Shown in pieces: positions 53,501 to 64,000 of a stretch of 64,000 nucleotides of DNA. This stretch comes from Nageia nagi. Lineage: Eukaryota > Plantae > Pinophyta. The stretch covers positions 126,356,001-126,420,000 of the forward strand of contig JBITNC010000001.1 in NCBI GenBank assembly GCA_050084985.1, in the 5' to 3' direction. How positions within the stretch are numbered: position 1 is the stretch's first letter; every line of letters starts with the position of its first letter. The notes below the pieces were generated by a model. It ran no database searches. It saw only the letters and a program-made list of their open reading frames with translations, and had not been told where the DNA came from. A program made the translations under genes and the position numbers.

Positions 53501-54779
53501 AAGTTTTGGTTGCTACCTCTTGCTCTTGAATTTGATGGGCTACCTCTTCCACCTTGATACAAATTTCTTCCTCTACCTCTAAAACTTGATCTTTCATTGC
53601 CTCTTCTAGAATTAAAAGAAACTTGGCTTTTGAAAGCATGCTCCAATGAAGAGTTTTGTGATTGATTTAACCAATATTCATGTGACATCAAGGATGCATG
53701 AAGCTCATCAACAAAGTGATTGGATAAATCATTTATTTCTTCTATAGTCACCATAACAAATTCAAACTTTGTGGTCAAACTCCTTAAAATCTTCTCAACA
53801 ACTCTCTTATCTTCAAGGGTCTCTCTATGAGATCTAATCTTATTTACTAACCCAATTATTTGGCTAAAAAAAGAATCTACTGATTGAAACTCCTTCATGT
53901 AGATCATTTTATAAATCTCTTCTTAGCATCTATAATTTTGTTATCTTGACCATCTCCATTCCTTGGTATGTAGTCTTCAAAATATCCCATGCTTGTTTAA
54001 ACTTGGTTGTTGCTGTAATCCTTGAAAAAATACTCTCATGCATTGCCTAAAGTATGTAGAAAAGTGCTTTAAAATCCTTTTTCTTGTTATCCTTCAATGT
54101 ATCTTTCTCTTATTGTGTAAATGCATTGTAAGCCACTGCATCTTCAGGTTCAAATAACCCATTCTCCACAAGATCCCATATATCTTGAGAGGAAAATAGA
54201 GACCTCATTGTAATGGACCAATATTCATAATTTTTATCATTTAACTAAGGTATCTAGCAATTTTTCAAGCTTGTGCTTGGAGCTTCCATTGTGATAATAT
54301 TGTACCTCCTTCAAAATCTTTAGATTTGGAATCCCTTCTCCTTGAAATGCTTAGATCTGAAAATCCTTAGCTTTGAAAACCCTTAGCTCTGATACCACAT
54401 GAAGGCAAAGACAAAGTACAACAAAAAAATAAAGATCATACACAAAAACTAAGATTGTAACAAAACAAAATTATTTTATTATATCATATATTCATTACAT
54501 ATGAAACTTCAACTTCTACGTGCTACAACACACTCACTTCTTTCATACACACTATTTTCTAAATACTAATTTACTTTATTTATAAAATATGCTAAAACAC
54601 ATTGAAGAAACTTGTAGACACTTCTACCTATTTAATGCTTTCAACTACCCATATAAATAAAACATAACATTAAATATATATATATATCTAAAATATTAAA
54701 TAACAAAAACTAAAGCATTAAATATAATATACATGTTCCTATAAAATAATACAATACCAGTTGAATTAATTTTCCAACA
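50543..54779 (-). mobile_element. Ty1/copia LTR retrotransposon (family A, copy 2), most of RT deleted
   Basis: LTRs 50543-50895 and 54400-54779. PBS complement gctctgatacca 54386-54397. ORF relics: gag 53476-53907, INT 52018-52752, RT C-term 51356-51724, RNaseH 50948-51232. Confidence 0.94.
54386..54397 (-). promoter_or_regulatory. primer-binding site, tRNA-iMet
   Basis: Exact TGGTATCAGAGC on minus, 2 bp from the LTR. Confidence 0.92.
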
Positions 54780-54780
54780 T

Positions 54781-55193
54781 CCTTGGTTTTTAACCTTCGC
54801 ACTTGTGTTTACCTTAGAAGTCTTTGAGTCCTTTCCAGCAGACCCCTCATACACATACTGGAGAGAGTAGTGGGAAATAATTATAGAGTTTATTTATTTA
54901 TTTACATCCCCCCTCCCTTTTTCCATCCGCATTCCTCTTATCCAAGCTCTTCTCCTCCTATCCACTTCATCACATGCGAATTAGAGCCTTGTCTGCCACT
55001 CAAGTATGACTGTTACGAAAGAGAAATTTGTGCCTTTCAAGACTCCCATCAATCCTTTTGATCATGAAAAACTACTGCGTACGCCATACTGGCAAATCAT
55101 ATTTTTTCCACTACTATTTATCTGACAATGGTTAGAGGAATTAAAAAGAATAATTTTTTTTAACATAAAATTTATCCTTCTCAACAATATTTA
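54781..55193 (-). pseudogene. continuation / partial third copy of PPR pseudogene segment
   Basis: Matches 50325-50518 and ~31464-31855. Confidence 0.75.
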
Positions 55194-55237
55194 AAATTTG
55201 CATTTAAATTTGAAGTTTCTTAAATTAAATATATTAT

Positions 55238-56150
55238 AAGAAAAAAGAGTTTCATATTTTGAGAATGTAGTAATAGGAATTATAAGTATTTTGTTAGAGT
55301 TTAAGATGATATTATTAAAATAACCATTTTACAAATATATTGGAGAAGTAGATTTTTATTAAGGAAAATTTGAGAATAATAATACCTAGGTGAAATCATG
55401 TAGTTATCATCATTCAATAAATAATTATTTGATATATTCAAATTTTATGGGTTTTCTCATATCACGCGAAAAGGAATTAATAATATAATTAGTGAATATA
55501 TTTAAAATGTCAATTCCAAAAAGGTAAATAGTTTAAACCATAATATTATTGGTTCAAGCTCAAAAGAATAAGTAAGATAGTCAAATTAAAAATTCTCAAG
55601 TATACTAGGATGGACAAGAGGGTATGGTAGTAGAAGAGGATAATTATTTGAAAAAAAAATCAATATTAACATTGTAGACTTGATATATCCATTTAAGAAA
55701 GAATATAGAATTAATTCTTCTAATGAACATACAAATTCAAACTATGCTAGTGAGAATGAAGTTGAAGATTTAAGAAAACTATTTTATCATATGACATGAT
55801 TGAAAATGCTTCCCAAGAAATTTGTTAAATGTATATTCAAGCTACAAAATCTATATAGTAAGGAATAAAGAGTTGGTTTTTCATATAGATGATAAGTGTA
55901 AGGAAAATATCAAGTTTAGTGAAAATAAATCTATAGAGGTATGAAAGTCAAATTGAGTAATAGATGTTAATACTATAAAAGGAAAGAAAATAATTCAATA
56001 TGCTTAAGATACTTCTATCTCAATCATATCCTTTTTTTGTACTAGACAACTTAGTGAAAGGAATTATAAAGTAGTTTCTTATATTAAGAACTACATAATC
56101 TATAATTAGAACAATGCTAATAACATTATGATTGTAATTCTCATATCACA
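55238..56150 (+). pseudogene. very old copia gag-protease fragment
   Basis: RKEFHILRM (UBN2-like), ENIKFSENKSIEV, QLSERNYKVV. Heavily decayed. Confidence 0.55.
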
Positions 56151-57309
56151 TTGTACCATAAGGAATTAATTTTTTTTTTTTTTATTTTCTTTGATGTAAT
56201 TTTATAGCATGTTGTAATGTGGTACATAATTAATCTTAAGCAAACCTCAAAAATCACCTTTGGAATATTATTTGAATGACCAAATGTTTTTTCTATATAT
56301 TCTTGTTTGCATGTGTGATTGGTTTTAAGATTAGAGTTAAATATAATATTCTTTTTTTTTATCCATGTCCCACCATACTATTCATATTATAGCTATGGAA
56401 TGTATGAAATATATCAATTTTTTTATTATTTCATTCATTATTCAAATTAAAATAATGTAATATACAAACCATACATGCTAAGTAACTTCATATCAATTCC
56501 ACCTATTTGATGTCCTAAAACATTTGATCTTTCCCTTTAGAATAACCATTATTAAACAACTTAATCTTCAAATCATGATTCTTATCTTCTTTTTAAAATT
56601 AAAAAATCTTATTCAAACCCTTCATTAAATTCCATTCCAAAAAATTTATCTTCAAATATATAATTTTTTATCTATACTATATCACATAGTGGTATCTAAA
56701 CTAGCCCATTGTTAATAGCTAAATCCCTAGATTTTTTTCAGTAGGATAATGAATATAGATATTTATATACAATATGAACATATTTAGTCATCCAATATAT
56801 GAGCATGTATATCAAATATGAATCCATGACTAAGATTTGACTTCAACTCAAATATGGATTATTTGCAACAAGATCCCTAATTAATGCTACTATAGCTCTA
56901 AAAATTTTTCAACCTATGTGTTTTAAATAATATGGAAGATAACCTCTGTAGAGTATTAAATCCATATTACTTTACTAAACACCTTAAGAAATATATCATA
57001 CCTTTATCACCATGTATGAAAGAATTACCTAATCATGGAGAATTCGACCATGTAGAGAATCAATTCCTTACACACTATGTGTATATGATACTTGGTAATC
57101 ATGTGAAAATTAAGGAATTTACCTTCCTATTGTGCATATTTCAATCAACTAAGCCTTTCAATTCAAGCTCATATCAATATATCTATTGGTACTCCATTCA
57201 TTTTCCACTCTATTTCTACTTGTTAGCTATTATATTCACTACATATGCCACTCTTACCAACCCATTAGACCATTTTTTAATATTTAGGTTAACATGTTTA
57301 TCTTTCATA

Positions 57310-57317
<8 letters not shown>

Positions 57318-57342
<25 letters not shown>
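57318..57342. repeat. (TA)n microsatellite
   Basis: Direct observation. Confidence 0.9.
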
Positions 57343-57343
<1 letters not shown>

Positions 57344-57974
57344 CATATTTATATATATTAAAGTAAAATATATATTTAATAAAGAAAATTAGTTTCTTAA
57401 TATTAAACTCTAACTAAGGAACTCTTGAAGGAGAAGAAAAATAATTTTAATTTAAACGAAAAATTAAATACATTTTGAAGATAGATAAGGATATTATATT
57501 TTTTTTCAAATTATTCAATCACTTATATCCATCATTGGTTTAATTCTCATTAATAAATATACATTAATGCAATGATCAAGAACAATTAAAAAAAAATGTT
57601 ATTTTCATTTTTTATGGAAAGGAATATGCAAATATGATAATATTCAATCTTCAAAATTGAATGATATAAAATAAGTTATTATTTGGTAACATAATAATGA
57701 TAAGGCTTTTACTATAACATGAGCATCAATCAATAAAGAATTCAAATGATATATTATAAGTTTCACCATTTAAATAGATAAAAATGAAGAAATTCAGGGA
57801 TTTATAGCATTGAATTTCATTCAACCATAATTAAATGACTTTTTTGTTTCTTAAATAAAAGAAAATAAATATATGATGAATTTTATATATGAATATTCCA
57901 TGATGATTTGTAGATATGTTTCAAAATATAATTCTAAAGCATTTGAATTTTTTAAACATTTTCATATGTGGATT

Positions 57975-60000
57975 AGAAGTGAAGCATAATTTTTGAGGAT
58001 TTTCAAGGTCAAGAGAAAAATGAAGTACCAAATGAGGATTTTCAAGATTCAAGGGCAAACCAAACTTTGATACCAAATGAGAAATTTGATTCTAAGAATC
58101 AAATAAAATCAGAGTGAGCCCAATCAAACATAAGATTGAGCTTAAATAAGCAAAAAATAATGACAACAATATAGTAAAGACATAAAATAAAAATTGTATA
58201 ACATTTCAAATATCAAAAATTAGATTGTAGAATGAAAAATAAATATATATATCATAATCCTTACAATACAGTCAAAATTGAGTGCAAAAATCAATAGAGA
58301 AGTCTTTCCAAAAGAAAGGAACCCATACTTGTTAATTGCTAACCACTTTCATTAACTTTCATAAATGCAAATATAAAGGAGAGAATATGTAGCATGTTGA
58401 ACAAGTAAACAAGTTAGACCATAAAATCTTAACAATGTTTATACAAGAATAAAATGTAGCATAAGAAAATACAGTACATTGTTATGCTATCATATGCTAT
58501 TATGCCACCATAAGAAAATGCAACCAAAAAAAGTTATGGCAGTGGTACCATATGATAATGATTGTCTTTTAGTCTCCCCCTTAATGATAATTGTTTGAAC
58601 TCCAAGTCAATTTCTCATATAAAAAAAATGATCTTTTATGAAAGTCTTATTCAAGATATCAACAAGCTGGGATAGATTTGTTTACATAGAAGAAAATGTA
58701 GCAAACTAGAAAACACAACAAACTAAAAGAGAAGAGATACAAGTCTTAACATCAACTAAATTTTCAATATCCCCTTGATAAAAAGGGGTTGTGTATAAAT
58801 GAAATAATGTACATGCATGAGATCAAGCTATTATAATCTCCCCCTAGATAAAATGGGGAGTATGCCAAGACAAGCCTAGAAATAATAGAAAATGGTAGAG
58901 ATCCTAGGCATACATGGTACTTTCTTCTAAGTATATCTTATATTAAACTACATTGAATCCTTCAAGTTGATCAATAGCTTCCCCATGATCATAAAATGAA
59001 GCATAATGTGTACAATCCAAGGATTTCCATTATGCATCAAAGTTGCTCCAAGAAAAAGCATGCATCATGCAATATGGGCTTAAAAAATGCTCAATCACTA
59101 AGGTAAATATGAGGTTAATCTTCTACATAAAACATATAGGGAGGATATATTAACCAATCTCAAAGATAAATGCCCCTTAAAAATAGATTTTTGAGCCATC
59201 CAAAATTGCCCATTCACAATAATCTTGGCCACTAAATGAGCTACAAATCATAGAAGATGTGTTCTTCTCCTCACAAAACTCATTTTGCACTTATAATAAC
59301 TGATCTTCATCTAATAGCAAGGTGAAAATAGCTCTTATTTTTGCTTCTTCTTCATAGGTGGGATAATCATCACAACATATTGCTCTTCATTTTGATGGAC
59401 AAAGTATTGAAATAATATCCATCAAAGATAAAGATTTTTTAGAGGGAATCTATGACAGACTATCTAAAATTCTATTTCCTCACATTAAGAGGTTGAATGT
59501 CACTTCACCATAGGCTACTTGAACCCATATAAGATTCATACTATGCTCTAATACCAAATAAGGATTTTCAAGGTTCCAATACAAACCAAGTTCTAATACT
59601 AAATGAGTATTTTCAAGGTTCAGAGATAAATCAAGCTTTCATACCAAATGAGAAATTTATTTCCATGAATAAAATAGAATCAGAATGAGCCCAATCAAAT
59701 AAAATATTGAGATCAAATAAGTGGATAATAATGAGCATGTTATAGTAAATACATAAAATGGAAACCATATAAGTTTTTAGAGGTCAAAAAAATATATTGA
59801 AGAATGAAAACCATAGTTGTATACAACTACCATTACAATATAGTTGAAAAATATAGTTACAAATAATAGTAGCATACAAAATGTAGCAATAGAGAGCACC
59901 TACAAAAATTACATGTAAAATGTAAAAAAAGTGCAACTATAATGAACAAAGGTATACAAAATGTAACAATAGAAAAAAACTACAAAAATACTAATTGATT
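57975..60000 (-). mobile_element. tandem non-coding LTR element with repeated PBS
   Basis: Related repeats start tgagaaattt at 58078 and 59649. PPT complement ctccccctt 58574-58582. Each LTR is adjacent to 45-bp units containing gctctgatacca-like PBS complements. Confidence 0.72.
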
Positions 60001-60060
60001 ACATTTTTCTATTACATACTAAAATACAAGTCTGCTCAATCAACCTAAATTCAACTAACA

Positions 60061-60720
60061 AGGTCACTGCAAGAAGTTGGATCCATTTTATGGCCAAAAA
60101 GTGGAAGTCTTTTTTTTTTTCAATTTTAGTCACATTGATCTCAAAATTTGAAGCACTTAAATATGGAATCTTAAAGGTCATTATGGTAAAAATGTAGTGC
60201 ATTAAATCTAGTTTTCAAATATATAATTTATTTCAATATCCAAATAATAAAAATTTATTTTTCATAGGTATGAATAAAAACCACTATTTAAAAAATACTA
60301 TTTCAGGAACATACGATGCATGTGTGTCACACATATTTTGATCTAAAATAAAGTATTTTTTTAAATCCTATTAGGAAAAGATACCAAGCTTAATGAAGCT
60401 TGTCCTAGATACTTTTTATGATTTTTTTCATTAAGATTATTTTTTTATGGGTCATAATTTTAGTTTTAAAAAAATGTCCAGCATCAATAATTTGTCCTAA
60501 AGTTATCATTTTTTCAAACTTGTTTTTTTTTTTTTTAATTTTGTAATAATTATCTAAAGGTTGTCCCCGTATATTTGTTTTCTCTAAATTCCTAAAAACT
60601 TAAAAGTTATTAAAAAAATAAGAAAATTATTTTTAACATTTTTAATGAATATATATTGACTATATTTGTTTTTTTTTTAATTTATATATTTTTTTGAGAT
60701 CTATCCATTTTTATCATTAT
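60061..60720 (+). mobile_element. diverged/truncated relative of the TIR element (copy 4)
   Basis: Left TIR aggtcactgcaagaagttggatccatttt and ~600 bp of homology to 2099-2750. No convincing right TIR. Confidence 0.75.
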
Positions 60721-63700
60721 AATTTACATTAGCACCACTTAAAATGTAGTAGTATCACTTAGAATGGATTGGCAACACTCCATACCTTATGCCCATAGAG
60801 TGATAATTTTCTCCTGCTAGCCACTTTTTTTTGTCTTACTAATTTTCCATTGTTTCATACTTCTAATCATGTTTTGATAAAAAATTCAAATAACTATTTG
60901 AATATTATGCAAAACAAGCAATTTGTAATAAATCACAAAAATGCACCCAAAAGCAAATTCAAACAATGACTATGTAATATCTATAAAAACTAAACTATGT
61001 GTCTTGACCTATTTGGAGTTCTCCAAGAATAAAGGAATATTTACGATCTTAAAATCTTTAGAGTTCTTAGTACTAAAGGAAGATCATATGACCAAATAAT
61101 GCATAATAACATGAAATGCAACTAATATGATTATGTACCAAATAATGCAACTAAAATGCTAAAATTTAGACCTACCCTATATGAAATACAAGATAACACA
61201 TGATCAACTATACATTTTGAAATTGATATTTCTTTTTTGGAATCCATTTCTTAGTAATTATTTTTTTCTTTTCACTGATTTCCATATATCCTATCATACC
61301 TCCTTCCATTATATTATCTTCTTGATCCATATCTTCTTTTAAGAATTCAAATGGTCTAAATTTCTCTTTTTTTAAATATTTTCATTATTTGTTCAAATTG
61401 ATTAATTATTTAATAAAATTATTTCTTATTCAACATTTTAAATTTTTTTTCATCATTAACTTTGTCACTTGTATTGTCTAAGCAAGAACTAATTTTATTA
61501 TGAGATATCTCTATATATTTATTTTTCTTATCTACCTTTGAAGTTTCATTATTTTGTGTTATAAATGTATATAATATTACATTATATCTATCTTTAAGTA
61601 ATTCAAGTATTTGAGAACTAGGAATATAGATACAAGCCATTATAATTTAATAAATGGAAACCTTAAGAAATCTCAATGAAAATGCATATAACAAGCCAAA
61701 ATGACTATCAAAATGTTATTGATTATGATAATCTATTGTTTTGGAAAAAAATTTCTAATGCTAGATTTTAGCAAATTGAACAAAATGACCTTCAAAATTT
61801 AGGGTTTTCTTCAAAAAATGAAATTCATGAAAATAAATCTTCTTCAAATGCAATAATTTTTAAGCAATAAAAAATTAGCAAATAAAAACTAGGGTTTTCA
61901 TTAAAAGACTCCACATAAAAAATGTAGTGTGTTGAAAGAAAGTCAAGTTCACCAATTATTATAAATAAAGTACAAATTTATTAGGGTTATTTAAGATATT
62001 CAATTTAACTAAATGATAATGAAATAGCAATAATATGTAAGGTTATAATTATCAAACATGCTCAATTTGACTTTAACCTATCAAATTTGAATTTTAAATG
62101 ACTTACTTACCTATATTCTTACTTGCAATTGTATATTAGATGTCAAATTTTCTTGATATAGGATAATAAAAAATTACTCCTAAAAGTGGGACCCTCAAAT
62201 ACATCATGAACTGAGAGGCATCATTGGATTCTTTTCATACAATAACCTCCGATATTTAGCAATCTTTGAGAATCCTACTCCAAGATTAGATTTTGAATAT
62301 CAATATAATAAAATAATGAATCAAGAATGCAAGTAAGCTTCAAGATGATAAAATCTAGCTACTATAGGTGGTGTTAACAAATATTGATCAATAATGACAC
62401 AAGTATATCACCTACTATCAAGGATTTTATATCATGTCATGATTTCTCATGTACAATCCTTCCACCTTCATAGATAACAGGTCTAGTGCCAAAGGTTACT
62501 TCTTAGACTTATGATGCATATGGACTAAGACTCCTTCTTAGGTTTACCATAGGGACAACCTATTATCATAAAATATAAAAGTATACAAATGTGCACGATG
62601 ATAAGAGCATTAAATCATTTAAATAAATGAATTATTACAAATATATAAAAGGTATATTTTAATTAAATTGAAATTCCTTTTTTGGTGTTAATTGTGTGCT
62701 TTATTTATATGTTTAAGAAGTTATTCACTTGATTTATCTAATATACTTCATTATCTCACCCCTTCATTTCTTTTATCGAGTAAGGCCTAAGGAGTGCAAT
62801 GTGAGGTGTATTGGTTAAAACAAAAACTTATTTATGAAATAAAAAGGTTTGGTTGAGATAATCATCCTAAGCATATTGCACATATTTTATATTTTTTATT
62901 ATTGAATATGAATGATGATTCTTACCACTAGTTATCTATTCTAAATTTTGCATCTAATTTTTGTTTCTCTTTCTTGTAGTATAATTTTGCATAGAATAGG
63001 GTATGCAATATTACATGATACTTCTATTATTTTGTTTCAGTACACTAAACTTAAAAGTAAATGATTATCTAATATTTAATAAAAGATCACCATGATTATT
63101 TTCAAGTTATATATACATAAACATTTCATTATAATAGGTGGGAACTTGTTCTTTCAACATTTCAAATTTAAATTTAATTAATTTTACATCATATTGTTAT
63201 ATATAATTTGGATCTAATTATCATATTTTTTCTATAGATTTTTATTTTCTAGTCATTTAGAATTGATATCACAAATTGAGTAAAATAAATTTTTACTACT
63301 AACATATTGGTAAACTAACTATTTTTTACTATTTTTCCCCACTAATTGTGTTAAAAACATTATAGCAGTTTTGTAAAATTGATATAGTATTGAAACCATT
63401 TTTGAAATATAAACTTTTGATGAATCCTAAGTACTGAACCACTAACTTTGTTTAGAAGGAGAAGACTAAGAATCCTATAAAATTACCATTCAAAAATATT
63501 CAATTGAGAAAGATAACACATAACTATTATCCTATTGATTTGTGATGCACCTAGTGAATAATTGGTTCATGTAAATAATTCAGAATATAAAAAAGGAGTA
63601 ACCTAAACCTTTTCAATATGGATATGACAATATAGAGACAAAAAATTTGAAAAGATATATTGATAAAAAAATTGTATAGTAAAACTATTTGTATTTGATG

Positions 63701-64000
63701 AAATCATTACAAAACTCACTTTGACAGGATCATTTCAAGTATTTAATTCTATTGATCTACCATATATTTCATAATGTAATATTAAATAAATTTTTAATAT
63801 GAGTTTAATATTCAATCACCATCAAATACATGCTAATATTATTATCTAAATCCATATTTACCTAAAAATATACCTTGATAGAATTCTCTTACAAAATACA
63901 GACCTATGGTAGATAATAATTCTATACAGTCTTCACAAATTTCATGCATTGATGCATGGTGTACTATTATTACATATGATTTTGCATTGAAATAATCAAA

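Noticed and set aside
837-61640. Most short ORFs in the supplied track (e.g. 24532-24888, 40081-40790, 56932-57366)
   Set aside because: Antisense shadows of TE relics or chance frames in AT-rich/repeat DNA with no recognisable motifs.
62175-62200. aaagtgggaccctc as the right TIR of TIR copy 4
   Set aside because: Match is short and the subterminal sequence is not homologous.

Overview
Very AT-rich eukaryotic intergenic DNA with no intact gene and no rRNA, tRNA or CRISPR locus. The style of the LRR-RLP, PLS-PPR and LTR sequences and the pervasive C>T decay suggest a land plant, probably a gymnosperm/conifer (inference). LTR retrotransposons: two decayed members of one Ty1/copia family (1-6107 and 50543-54779, both minus), a 13.4-kb copia with 2-kb LTRs (32570-46006) carrying a nested non-coding LTR element, a gag+protease-only Ty3/gypsy element with a three-LTR tandem architecture (13238-18154, TSD TGATG), a chromovirus 3' fragment, a PMD-domain relic, and a tandem non-coding LTR element with a triplicated primer-binding site. 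Other mobile DNA: four copies of a ~1.1-kb non-autonomous TIR element with GGG ends, apparent 4-bp TSDs and a variable array of a 14-bp palindrome, plus an orphan ORF element ending in an A-rich tail. Host-gene debris: a PP2C exon fragment, N- and C-terminal halves of LRR receptor-like proteins in opposite orientations, and duplicated PLS-PPR pseudogenes. All alignments and translations were done by eye, so identities are estimates and degenerate boundaries are approximate.
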